Assembly (NCBI GenBank): GCA_963735805.1
Contig: CAVTMK010000004.1
Coordinates: forward strand, 192,001-256,000
Reading direction: 5' to 3'
DNA: 64,000 nucleotides
From: an uncultured Verrucomicrobiae bacterium
Lineage (GTDB): Bacteria > Verrucomicrobiota > Verrucomicrobiia > Chthoniobacterales > UBA10450
Translations under genes and position numbers: made by a program
In this document: piece by piece, positions 28,860-38,176 of the stretch
How positions within the stretch are numbered: position 1 is the stretch's first letter
Layout: each line of letters begins with the position of its first letter
The notes under the pieces: model-generated
What the model saw: only the letters and a program-made list of their open reading frames with translations
Told to the model about the DNA's origin: nothing
Databases searched by the model: none

Positions 28860-30605
28860 ATGTGGATGGTGCGCTCGATTAAGATCGGTTTTGGGCTGCT
28901 CGCCCTATTGATTGTAAGTTTTCCACTTAACGCCCAGATCGACCGCATTACTGGAAGGAATTTCGTCACGCGATCGGAAGTTCTGGGACGACATGGAATG
29001 GTCTGCACAAGCGTGCCGGCAGCTACGGAAGTGGGTGTCGATATCTTAAAACACGGCGGCAGCGCCGTGGATGCGGCAATTGCCGCAAATGCAACGCTCG
29101 GTTTGATGGAGCCTGTGTCCAACGGAATTGGCGGCGATCTGTTCGCAATCGTTTATAGCGCGAAGGAAAACAAACTCTACGGAATCAATGGCAGTGGCCG
29201 TTCACCACTCGGTTTGAGCTATGATCAGATGAAGGCCGAGTTGGCGAAACTGCATCGTGAAACAATTCCTCCTACCGGCATGTTGCCAATCAGCGTGCCC
29301 GGAGCAGTGGATGCCTGGGCGGAGCTGCACAAGAAATTCGGTAAGCTGAAATTGAGCGACGATCTTGCGCCTGCGATTCGATATGCCGAAGAGGGTTTTC
29401 CGGTTACGGAGTTGATTGCTTATTACTGGGCGTTTGGTCCGCGGTTATATAAGGGATTGCCAGGGGCGTTTCTCGAGACCTATACCCTCGACGGAAAAGG
29501 CCGTACACCGGCAAAGGGCGATATTTTTAAGAATCCTGATCTTGCAAAGAATTTGCGGTTGATCGGAGAAAAAGGCCGCGACGCCTTTTATAAGGGCGAG
29601 ATCGCGGACAAGGTCGACGAGTTCATGCGGGCAAATGGCGGTTTTTTGCGGAAAGCTGATTTCGAAAAACATACATCGACCTGGGTCGAGCCGGTGTCGA
29701 CGACTTATCGTGGTTATCAGGTCTTCGAGCTTCCACCGAACGGTCAGGGCATCGCGGCTTTGCAAATGTTGAACATACTCGAAGGATTCGATCTGCGTGC
29801 CATGGGACGCAATTCGCCTGAAACGCTTCACGCCATGATCGAAGCAAAGAAAATCGCGTGGGCCGATCGGGCGAAGTTTTATGCCGATCCTGCATTCGCC
29901 AAGATTCCGCTTGCCGGTCTACTTTCGAAAAATTACGCAGCGGAGCGTCGAAAGTTGATCGATCCCAATCACGCGGCAAAGAAGGTCGAAGCGGGCAATC
30001 CGGCGCTCGATCAAGGTGACACGATTTACATGTGTACGGCCGATGACGAAGGCAACATGGTCTCGCTCATACAAAGCAATTACCGCGGAATGGGCAGTGG
30101 CATCGTGGTGCCCGGACTCGGATTCATGTTTCAGGATCGCGGTGAACTTTTTTCCATGGATCCCAACCACGCGAACGTTTACGCGCCGGGCAAGCGTCCG
30201 TTTCACACCATCATTCCCGGTTTCGTGATGAAAGATGGTAAACCATGGGAAGCGTTCGGCGTCATGGGCGGCGGGATGCAGCCGCAGGGCCACGTCCAAG
30301 TGCTGACAAACCAAATCGATTTCGGACTAAACGTCCAGGAAGCCGGAGATGCCTCTCGCTGGCAGCACGAAGGCGACAACGAACCAACCGGCGAAAAAAT
30401 GTCTGAATCAGGCGGGTACGTCGAAGTCGAAAGCGGCATTCCGTATGAGACCGTACGGGAATTGCGCAAGAAAGGACACGAGATGCGTTTCGACGTCGGC
30501 GGCTACGGCGGTTACCAGGCGATCAGAGTCGAAATGCACGATGGCCAGCGCGTCTATGTGGGAGCAAGTGAATCACGCAAGGATGGAATGGCGGCGGGGT
30601 ATTGA
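28860..30605 (+). CDS. ggt: Gamma-glutamyltransferase
   Basis: GGSAVDAAIA, GIGGDLF, ELPPNGQG, GDT nucleophile Thr, PGKRPFHTIIP, GVMGGGMQPQG; signal peptide. Confidence 0.95.
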   Translation: MWMVRSIKIGFGLLALLIVSFPLNAQIDRITGRNFVTRSEVLGRHGMVCTSVPAATEVGVDILKHGGSAVDAAIAANATLGLMEPVSNGIGGDLFAIVYSAKENKLYGINGSGRSPLGLSYDQMKAELAKLHRETIPPTGMLPISVPGAVDAWAELHKKFGKLKLSDDLAPAIRYAEEGFPVTELIAYYWAFGPRLYKGLPGAFLETYTLDGKGRTPAKGDIFKNPDLAKNLRLIGEKGRDAFYKGEIADKVDEFMRANGGFLRKADFEKHTSTWVEPVSTTYRGYQVFELPPNGQGIAALQMLNILEGFDLRAMGRNSPETLHAMIEAKKIAWADRAKFYADPAFAKIPLAGLLSKNYAAERRKLIDPNHAAKKVEAGNPALDQGDTIYMCTADDEGNMVSLIQSNYRGMGSGIVVPGLGFMFQDRGELFSMDPNHANVYAPGKRPFHTIIPGFVMKDGKPWEAFGVMGGGMQPQGHVQVLTNQIDFGLNVQEAGDASRWQHEGDNEPTGEKMSESGGYVEVESGIPYETVRELRKKGHEMRFDVGGYGGYQAIRVEMHDGQRVYVGASESRKDGMAAGY

Positions 30606-30632
30606 CGCCTTTTAAGGAATCCGTTTTCTTAT

Positions 30633-30956
30633 TTATTCGCCAGCGATCCGATCCAGATGAACCTGGCGAAGATAAAGGAACAAGGGCAATCCAAGTGACA
30701 CCCCGACTAGGCCTGTGGCGGCGATCGGGAGCCAAAAATTGCGCATACCCAAACGTGATCCCTCTACAGCGATAAAGGCGCAGAGCACTACTGCCGAAAC
30801 CAAGACGTCCAGCCCGAAGAAGCTGCTAATTCGGTTGGCAAACAACTGCTGAACGAAAAGCGACAAATTGAGCCCGTGTTCTGCCACCCATCGGACAAAT
30901 TGCCAGTAAGGCAGCAAAAAGCCGACAACACACAAAACGAGGTAGAGGCGCTTCAC
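30633..30956 (-). CDS. DUF2834-like membrane protein
   Basis: FANRISSFFGLD, VGVSLGLPLFLYLR; GTG start. Confidence 0.75.
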   Translation of the reverse strand: MKRLYLVLCVVGFLLPYWQFVRWVAEHGLNLSLFVQQLFANRISSFFGLDVLVSAVVLCAFIAVEGSRLGMRNFWLPIAATGLVGVSLGLPLFLYLRQVHLDRIAGE

Positions 30957-30960
30957 CGGA

Positions 30961-31548
30961 TCAATTCTTTGGCGCTTTTAGCTCGGCGAGTTTTTCCTGC
31001 GCGCGATCGACATCATCCTTTCCTGCGATTCCCAGTTTAAGAAGCTTTTGCTGGCGCCGTAAGTTTGCTTCCGCGGCCTCAAGCTCGGCGCGCTCGCGTT
31101 TCGCCGTTGCGACTTGCGCGGCTTCGGTTAATTGCGCGAGCGCTGTTCTCATTGATTCCAGTTCGTCCCTGGTGATTTCACCAGTTGCAAGTTGAGACTC
31201 TTTTTCGGCGAATTCTTCTTTCGCACGAGCGACGCGAGCATTTGCCAGATCTGATTCACACCGCACTACTTTCAACGAGCGTTGCTCCACTTCCATTTTC
31301 GCCAGCACGCCAATTTTCCAGAGGCGTTCAGCGCCCGCGGCATTTTTTTTGGCACGTTCCAATTGCTTTTCCAAACGCGCCACATCGTCGTCCGGCAACT
31401 GCTCGTCCGAGAGGTTTTGCTTCAATATTGGGGGCTCGACGTCGAACGAATCGGGTTCCTCGGATTTGTTTCCGGCGGATTGATCCGCCCCCCACGCCGC
31501 CATCGCCAGAACGACGAGCGTGACCGGCAGGGCGAAAATGCGGGCCAT
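30961..31548 (-). CDS. Secreted coiled-coil hypothetical protein (HlyD/TolC-like helical hairpins)
   Basis: Signal peptide; repeated E/A/K-rich helices such as ERLWKIGVL and QKLLKLGIA. Confidence 0.65.
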   Translation of the reverse strand: MARIFALPVTLVVLAMAAWGADQSAGNKSEEPDSFDVEPPILKQNLSDEQLPDDDVARLEKQLERAKKNAAGAERLWKIGVLAKMEVEQRSLKVVRCESDLANARVARAKEEFAEKESQLATGEITRDELESMRTALAQLTEAAQVATAKRERAELEAAEANLRRQQKLLKLGIAGKDDVDRAQEKLAELKAPKN

Positions 31549-31616
31549 CTCGCGAGCTTACCACAAATTTGCTGCACCGGCATCGCCGATGCTGTGTTGC
31601 AATGAACTCCAGCTGA

Positions 31617-31656
31617 AACAAAAAGCCGCCACGCAGAGAAGCGGGGCGGCTTCTTT
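31617..31656 (-). terminator. Intrinsic terminator downstream of the S74 gene
   Basis: AAGCCGCC..GGCGGCTT stem flanked by A and T runs. Confidence 0.65.
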
Positions 31657-31658
31657 GC

Positions 31659-31707
31659 TGCAGCCGAGATCGTCGATCGCGGCCCGCGATCAATTACCGC
31701 AGCTACA
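31659..31707. repeat. Degenerate inverted REP pair
   Basis: TGCAGCCGAGATCGTCGATCGCGG / CCGCGATCAATTACCGCAGCTACA. Confidence 0.5.
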
Positions 31708-31715
31708 GAAATCAA

Positions 31716-32924
31716 CTATTTGTTGGCGACCGTTCGCGGGGCAGGCTTGCTCATCTCAACCTGGGTGCTCACTTTTTGGATTTGCGCGGCCTGCTCTTTG
31801 AGCTGGGCTGTGAGAACCCCCACTGTGGACTTCAGCTCCGCAATGTTTGTTTGCTGTTCCTCAACTTTCTTGTGCTCTTTGAGGAACTCGTTGAGCAACA
31901 TCGCGTTGATCTGCTCGTAGCGCACGGTCTGGGGTGCACCGTTCTTGTCGCGCACCACCAGGTCGCGGTCCACCTGGGCCACATCCTCGGCGATTAGACC
32001 AAAGCACGGCGTATTCTTTTTATCGTTATTGTAGTGGAAGGTTACTGGCTTGAGCGCCAGAATGACTTCGCTGGTCTTGTCCATTGGCTGAATGTCATGT
32101 TTGTAGCGGCGGGACGAGGGAAAGGTGCCCAGGTTGTTATTTGAATCGATAACCACGGCAGTGGTGCTGCCGGGGTCCCCAGTGGGCTCACCGAAGATGC
32201 TGCCGATGAAGCAGGTGGGACCAAGGTCAGCATAAATGCCTGCAGCGGGGGCCCCGATTGCGATTATGTTACTGCTGTGTACGACGCCAATGCCGGCGTT
32301 GTGGCCTATAGCGACGTTGTCATGGCCATCGACGATCGAATTTCCGGCCTCTTTACCAATAGCGGTGTTTGAATTTCCGGTTGTGTTACTGTCGAGCGCG
32401 TCATCCCCCATGGCTGTGTTTTCGACACCCATCGTGTTTGATTCCATGGCGTCATCGCCGAACGCATCATTTTCGTCGCCATCCACATTGCTCAGTAGGC
32501 AGTTGCGACCATGAGCGTTGTTGAACTCTGCCAACCCGGCCGCGTCTGAGTCGTTGTTAAATAGGGCGAAAGTCCCGAATGCGTTGTTAAAGGAGGCAAC
32601 GCTATTATTTAAGAGCGCGCCCGCGCCAACGGCTGTATTCGTGCCCGCCGTGTCGAGAAGCAGCGCGCCCGCGCCAACACCCGTGTCAAAGCTGTTATCG
32701 CTTAGACTCAGAACTGAATAGAAGCCAATTCCCGTATTGTATATGCCGGTGGTGAGGCTGGAAAGGGCGAGTAGCCCATCCGCCGTGTTGCCTCCTGCTA
32801 AGGCGGTGTCCGGCGTCGTCGGCTCCGCCCCTTTCGATATTGGGCAAAGTCCAAAACACCCAAGCGCAAACACCACGAGAAATACTGAAGTTAATCTTTT
32901 TACATGAATAAATGGATTCATCAT
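31716..32924 (-). CDS. Secreted tail-fibre-like protein with peptidase S74 domain (third paralog)
   Basis: Signal peptide, GGNTADG, 14-aa repeats, SSRRYKHDI, VRYEQINAMLLNEFLKEH. Confidence 0.85.
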   Translation of the reverse strand: MMNPFIHVKRLTSVFLVVFALGCFGLCPISKGAEPTTPDTALAGGNTADGLLALSSLTTGIYNTGIGFYSVLSLSDNSFDTGVGAGALLLDTAGTNTAVGAGALLNNSVASFNNAFGTFALFNNDSDAAGLAEFNNAHGRNCLLSNVDGDENDAFGDDAMESNTMGVENTAMGDDALDSNTTGNSNTAIGKEAGNSIVDGHDNVAIGHNAGIGVVHSSNIIAIGAPAAGIYADLGPTCFIGSIFGEPTGDPGSTTAVVIDSNNNLGTFPSSRRYKHDIQPMDKTSEVILALKPVTFHYNNDKKNTPCFGLIAEDVAQVDRDLVVRDKNGAPQTVRYEQINAMLLNEFLKEHKKVEEQQTNIAELKSTVGVLTAQLKEQAAQIQKVSTQVEMSKPAPRTVANK

Positions 32925-33171
32925 TTTTTCTTTCCTCTTCCCCGCTGAGTTAACTGGTTGGTTTTGGGGTCCGAACGCGGCGAAGAACCCAGCGGGAGAA
33001 TGTGCTCCGCCTGATTCAGATCTTTTCGTAGGCGTGTTTATGAAAACCGTCCGAAATTGTCTAGTCAGGTGCGACCTACTTGTGGTGTAGGTGTTGCACT
33101 GACTCCGGTGACTCGAACTTTAGCCGCTCGAAGCTCAGGCTTTTGGGTTCTCAGGCAGTTACGCTGGCTTG

Positions 33172-36100
33172 TTAGGATTTCCCTTGCGCTTCGAGTAATA
33201 CTGACAGCCAATCGGGGGCTTCGATATCAAGGTGGCCTTTTAGAATGTCGCGAATGAAACAGCCGAAATCCCCATCACAATCGGTGCAAAACTTCTCCAT
33301 GGTGTATGCACCGAGCATCCGATAGCTCTCGAATTGTGACTCGGAAAAGAACTGATCGCTCGTGCTCTCGTGGGGGAATGTAGGATTGGTCTTGAAATAT
33401 TCGTAGATATCGCGGGGCTCGTCGCCGTAGCAGGCCGGCTTGATATAAACCACGATGCCATCGGGAGCATCGTCGCCGTCGACCACTGAGTAGCGAATTC
33501 GACCCACTGCGCAGTTGTGACCAGGAGTTTTTAGCGTGTCGATTGCGCTGCGAGGATAGATGGTCATTGTGCCGAACTCGATCGGGATTCCAAAGTCGAT
33601 ACGAATTTTCCGAACCGCTTCGCCGAGATCGACAAAGGCACATTCCGGGTCCTCACCTCCATCACTTACGACGATAAAATGACATCGGCGCAGCACCATC
33701 TCGTAAAGGCCGAGATTCTCGAAATGGCCGCCGTCTGACAGGTTTACATACTTGTAACGGTCGGTGGTATTTCCGAGCGCTTCAGAAAACAGTGGTCCTA
33801 CGGAATACCGTGGTCCCTTTCGACGCCAGGTTGTAGCCCCTGGCGATCCCGGGTTTCCCAACCACCAGCCCAGGCGGACATTAAAAAGCGTCATTAAAAG
33901 ACCGAGCACTGGCGAGGAATGGTAGCCCATATTGGGATTGGCCGCCGCGCCCGAAATAGCCATTGCTGTTCCGAGTGTGATCGCTTCCCCATAATCGGTG
34001 GATGGTCTGTAACCGACTTTAAAAGAACCGCAGTGTAGCCGGCTCATAGTGAAGGATTCAGCCTTGCGCTCCTGCCACGCTAGTTGCTCGCCTCTGACCA
34101 CATTGAGCGCTCCGTTCAGCACATGAAGAGGCTTGTCGGAAGATAAGTCGCCCAGCTTGATGTTGTCGTCGGGATCAAAGCCCGTAAACAGATTTGGGTT
34201 CCGGGTTGTGCGGGAGGCGGCAAGATACGCGCGAATCAGACGATTCCGGTAGGTGGCGTGCAGAGAGAACTTGTTCGCATTGATAAAAAAACCAATGACG
34301 ATTCCGAAAAGCAACATGACGCACGTGAGAAACACGACAACGAACAGCTGAATACGCCAGGAATTTGGGTCTGTGATTTGCTCCGGTGTCCCGCCTAAAA
34401 GCCACGCAGTAGTGTGTTGTGCCCAAGGCTGCGATCCAATCAATACGAGCGCCCAGGAAATTATGATTGCCAGCAGCACAAAGAAAACGACCGCGACAAC
34501 AATCAGAATCCATTGAACGCCGGCTTTCTCGCCAAACTTACTACTCAGCTTAGATCGGATAGCGAGGAAGGCACTGATGAGACCGGTCACGCCTCCAAAC
34601 GCGCCAAGAAGACCTTTTGCCTGCGGTGTCGCCTTTACCTCGCCGAGAAAAACACCCAGTCGATTTGGCGTTGCGGAAATAGCCTGGGCACCCCAAAGAA
34701 CGATTGCGTTGATCACGATCCAGCCAAAGATCGTGATGAGAATCCAAGCCGCTGATCGTCCCCACCATTCGCGATCTTCATCTTCTGTCACCCAACTGGT
34801 GAGGCCAGTAAACAGGAAATTAACTAACAGCAGCACTGCCAGGATCAGCGCGGGCGCGAAACAGACGTATTTGACGGCATTGCTCGCAGGCGCTGGCAGC
34901 GGGAAACGGTCGGGAAGCCTCTGATTTGGTTTAAGCTGCAATGAATCAATGTCTTTGTCGGTTATGCGCCCCGTACCTTGAGGAGTCTCGATAGTGAATA
35001 CTTTCTGGATTTGCGTTATGACGACCCGACTGCCCGCTGCGAACTTCGTTTTCTCTCTATTCCAGGGAGTCGGCCAGGGAGTTGGAAGCGCTTCGCAATC
35101 GTGCTCCAATGTGTATTGAATCGGAGGCTTTTCGTCTGGTTTAAGTTCCAAGGGACCGAGATCGTTCTCGCTGATGCGCCCCTTCTTCTCAGGTGTTTCG
35201 ATGGTATATCTTCTCTCGATTTGGGTAATGACGCCCTGAGTGCCTTGTGGGATCTTTATTTTCTGTTTACTCCAGGGGATGGGCGTCACCTCGCAGTCCC
35301 GGCTCAATGTGAATTGGATAGGAGGTTCTAAAAACATTCGAGTCGCGATCATCCACAGACAAGAACCTGCGACGACCGCTGCCAGCGCGATGACAGTGAG
35401 TCGCCAGAGCGAATCGAAGACGCGTCCTCGCCGCTTTTGCTTACGGAAGGCAAGAATAAGCGTCGCAAAGACGCCACCGGTTAGGTAGCTGGCAACGGTG
35501 AACAGGATAAATCTGGATAACCAGTCGCCGGCTACAAACGGTTCGCTACCGTGAACATTGCGCAGCAAAGCCCACCATTCCGCCAGCACGAGGGACGCGA
35601 TGACTAATGGAAGCTGGCGAAATTCCAAAAAGCGACGTTGTGGCAATCGCGCATTGCCCGTGGAAGGAACATCGATGATTGCATAGGCCATCGCTACCGC
35701 AATCGAGGCGCCTCCAATTGCCAGCAGAATGTTGAGCCAGATGTCCCAATCGTGCTTTACCTGATTCGCCATTTGCGCGTACTTTGCGGGGTCCATGTCG
35801 AGGCCCCAGGCAGGCCAGTTCGGTTGCAGGTTGATTGCCGCAAGATATAACCTGGGGATCATCATTGCGGCTGCCAGCCACGAGATCAACACCAACCAGT
35901 TTAAGAACATGTTGCGTACGAACGTTGTAATCAGCGTCCAAAAATCGACAGAGGTCAGACCGGTTCGCGGCGCCAGGTAATTGCTGAACTCTCGGAGATG
36001 CCGGACCGGCTGCGGCTCAGGCTCCAGGGTAGAATCGGGCCTGCTCTTCAGCTCTCCGACAACGCCGCTGATGCCATCGGGATCATTCTTGATCCACGCG

Positions 36101-36417
36101 CTTAGCCAACTGCCAATGTAGCCACCGCCCGAGACAGTGGACAGGTAGTGAAACTTATCGAGTAGCCCGCAACGTGCCAGGCCCTGCAAAATTCCAAGTC
36201 CAAACGTGGCGCTCCGGATGCCGCCACCCGAGATGCAGAGCGCTGCGCGTTTTTCCTTCAATGCGTGAACTGCCGCCCATAACCCTTTTAGTTGCGTTTC
36301 GGGTTCGCTCGCGCTCGGATAATCGGAAGGCAGCTCGCCATGCAGAGCGACGTACTCGGCTTGTAATGCTTGATGCAATCGCAGCGTCGCATCAGTCGAT
36401 GAAGCTTCTTTCGCCAT
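33172..36417 (-). CDS. Large polytopic membrane patatin/cPLA2-like phospholipase
   Basis: SGGGIRSA oxyanion motif, STVSGG nucleophile Ser, many TMs, C-terminal DGGHFENLG and FPHEST.DQFFSESQFESY. Confidence 0.85.
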   Translation of the reverse strand: MAKEASSTDATLRLHQALQAEYVALHGELPSDYPSASEPETQLKGLWAAVHALKEKRAALCISGGGIRSATFGLGILQGLARCGLLDKFHYLSTVSGGGYIGSWLSAWIKNDPDGISGVVGELKSRPDSTLEPEPQPVRHLREFSNYLAPRTGLTSVDFWTLITTFVRNMFLNWLVLISWLAAAMMIPRLYLAAINLQPNWPAWGLDMDPAKYAQMANQVKHDWDIWLNILLAIGGASIAVAMAYAIIDVPSTGNARLPQRRFLEFRQLPLVIASLVLAEWWALLRNVHGSEPFVAGDWLSRFILFTVASYLTGGVFATLILAFRKQKRRGRVFDSLWRLTVIALAAVVAGSCLWMIATRMFLEPPIQFTLSRDCEVTPIPWSKQKIKIPQGTQGVITQIERRYTIETPEKKGRISENDLGPLELKPDEKPPIQYTLEHDCEALPTPWPTPWNREKTKFAAGSRVVITQIQKVFTIETPQGTGRITDKDIDSLQLKPNQRLPDRFPLPAPASNAVKYVCFAPALILAVLLLVNFLFTGLTSWVTEDEDREWWGRSAAWILITIFGWIVINAIVLWGAQAISATPNRLGVFLGEVKATPQAKGLLGAFGGVTGLISAFLAIRSKLSSKFGEKAGVQWILIVVAVVFFVLLAIIISWALVLIGSQPWAQHTTAWLLGGTPEQITDPNSWRIQLFVVVFLTCVMLLFGIVIGFFINANKFSLHATYRNRLIRAYLAASRTTRNPNLFTGFDPDDNIKLGDLSSDKPLHVLNGALNVVRGEQLAWQERKAESFTMSRLHCGSFKVGYRPSTDYGEAITLGTAMAISGAAANPNMGYHSSPVLGLLMTLFNVRLGWWLGNPGSPGATTWRRKGPRYSVGPLFSEALGNTTDRYKYVNLSDGGHFENLGLYEMVLRRCHFIVVSDGGEDPECAFVDLGEAVRKIRIDFGIPIEFGTMTIYPRSAIDTLKTPGHNCAVGRIRYSVVDGDDAPDGIVVYIKPACYGDEPRDIYEYFKTNPTFPHESTSDQFFSESQFESYRMLGAYTMEKFCTDCDGDFGCFIRDILKGHLDIEAPDWLSVLLEAQGKS

Positions 36418-36628
36418 GGCGCGCAAACGGGGCGGTCTGCGAACCAGCCTTTATCAAGATTGCGGCGACCCGTCAATCACAGCCACCATCGCCCCTTCTG
36501 AATTCGCTTTTCCCGGTCAAGTCGCGGCGACCGTAGAAAATGACAGTGGTACGCTCGCAGATTTTGCTTTGTAGCCGGAAACACAGGTGAGCGGGGCCTA
36601 ATGTGACCCACCCCTTGTTGGCCGAAAA

Positions 36629-36664
36629 CGTAGGAAACGCTTACGAGCGTCAGAACAATTTACG
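36629..36664. promoter_or_regulatory. Two tandem CGT-N11-ACG boxes, candidate enhancer-binding-protein sites
   Basis: CGTAGGAAACGCTTACG (36629-36645) and CGTCAGAACAATTTACG (36648-36664), about 100-135 bp upstream of a sigma54 site. Confidence 0.5.
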
Positions 36665-36762
36665 ATTCGGCACTCAATACTTTGAAATCGGGGGTCGTTC
36701 TTTGGAATTGTAACACACTGGTAAACAGCTATTTATTAACCGTCTTTGGGATTCCCGCGTTT

Positions 36763-36779
36763 CAGGCACAAGGATTGCT
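36763..36779 (+). promoter_or_regulatory. Sigma54 (-24/-12) promoter
   Basis: CAGGCACAAGGATTGCT: GG-N10-GC with GGCAC and TTGC. Confidence 0.7.
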
Positions 36780-36790
36780 TTCTGTAAGGT

Positions 36791-37330
36791 ATGAAGATCA
36801 GCACATTTCCGAGAAGCAAACTCTTGCTTTGCATCGCCATTTGCGCGGCAGCACTTGCGGCCAGCCAGAACGCCAATGCCCTTAGCATTGGAGATTCCCA
36901 CGAACTGGGATTCCTGTTGCCGAGTGGTTCATCAGGTAATCAAAGCACTTATGTAAACCATTTAATGGGCATGGCTCTTGGTTCCATCGATATCGCCAAT
37001 GGCCAGATCTATTTTCGTTCAAACAATGCTTTTGGTCCTTTGCCTACGGCTGTCCAAGCCCTTTCCGGGAGTGGGACAACTATAAATCTAGGTAGTGGTG
37101 GTTTGTATACGTATCTGCTTGCGAATTACGCTGGCTTCGGCTCTGAAGTCTGGTACGTCGGTGATTTGCATGGAATTATCACGATTCCCGGCTTCGGAAA
37201 TGGGTGTCTCCTTACTAAATGGTCGCTTTTTCGCGCGGGTGTAGGAGTTCCTGACGGTGGCACCACAGTCATGTTGCTCGGTGTAGCCCTCGGTGCCCTC
37301 GGCGTGGCCCGGCGTTACATAATGAGCTAG
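36791..37330 (+). CDS. VPDSG-CTERM (PEP-CTERM-like, exosortase-target) surface protein
   Basis: Signal peptide ending ANA; C-terminal VPDGGTTVMLLGVALGALGVARR (motif, TM, basic residues). Confidence 0.9.
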   Translation: MKISTFPRSKLLLCIAICAAALAASQNANALSIGDSHELGFLLPSGSSGNQSTYVNHLMGMALGSIDIANGQIYFRSNNAFGPLPTAVQALSGSGTTINLGSGGLYTYLLANYAGFGSEVWYVGDLHGIITIPGFGNGCLLTKWSLFRAGVGVPDGGTTVMLLGVALGALGVARRYIMS

Positions 37331-37405
37331 GAGAAAGGCGTGTTTCCTTCCCACAACGTCTTCAGCTAAATGGCGCGTCAGGACCATTAAGGATGGTAAT
37401 TTTCT

Positions 37406-37681
37406 TTGGAATGCCTCGTGCACACTATGCTTTTCTGCTTGCTTGGTGCCACCACACTTCTTAGCACGATCACAGGATTTCTTGAACCTCGCGGGGGAAC
37501 ATTCCTTAAGACATTCGGGGGACAAATCGTGCAGGGAATGCTCGGCATTGCCTGCTTTTTCCTTGTGGGAGTTGCTTTCTTGCGCTTCGGCTGGACGATA
37601 GCCCTTCTTGATCTTCTTCTTGTTATTGTTGGCTCAAATGTAGGTCTCGCGCTGCAGAGAGTCCGGCTGCCTGGACGGTAG
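37406..37681 (+). CDS. Small hypothetical membrane protein
   Basis: Three hydrophobic segments; start uncertain (37427 possible). Confidence 0.45.
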   Translation: MECLVHTMLFCLLGATTLLSTITGFLEPRGGTFLKTFGGQIVQGMLGIACFFLVGVAFLRFGWTIALLDLLLVIVGSNVGLALQRVRLPGR

Positions 37682-37880
37682 CCTCTGCCAGAAGCGTTTT
37701 AAGCCGTATCGCAAGGTTTTTCATGGGCTTTTTAAGAGAGCTATCGGTCCGCTGAGGTAAAGAGAACACGTTCGCCGCGTAACGGCTTGGAGCCCCGCTC
37801 GGTCGCCACGCTGACCTGTTGTGCCTTGCTACGTCCACTAGCTTTTATTTCGTCACGAAACGCGCTATATGTCGCGTTGT

Positions 37881-37954
37881 GCGCCCGTAGCTCAGCCGGA
37901 CAGAGCAACGGATTTCTAATCCGTGGGTCGGGTGTTCGAGTCACCCCGGGCGCG
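37881..37954 (+). tRNA. tRNA-Arg (anticodon TCT)
   Basis: Cloverleaf: GCGCCCG/CGGGCGC acceptor, GCTC/GAGC D-stem, ACGGA-TTTCTAA-TCCGT anticodon arm, GGGTG-TTCGAGT-CACCC T-arm; no encoded CCA. Confidence 0.96.
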
Positions 37955-38076
37955 GATCCTTTTTATGCCTTAAGTTCGCAGATTTCTTGAGGGATTTCGG
38001 CAATGGCCTGTCCATAACGTCATCAATGCACAGGAAAAAACAGCGCGGCCAATGTGTTAACACTGACCGCGCTGAA

Positions 38077-38176
38077 GCCTTGCCTTGCCGCGCCTAACCG
38101 CGCCTTTGCCGGGCAATGCCGCGCCTACCGGGCAGCGCCGCGCCTTAACCGGGACACGTCGCGCCTTACTGGGCCG
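38077..38176. repeat. Degenerate GC-rich tandem repeat (CGCGCCT core, mostly ~20-nt units)
   Basis: Five CGCGCCT cores, most followed by CCGGG/CTGGG. Confidence 0.65.

Noticed and set aside
38077..38176. Possible CRISPR array
   Set aside because: Units are short, degenerate and lack unique 25-40 nt spacers; no cas genes in the window.
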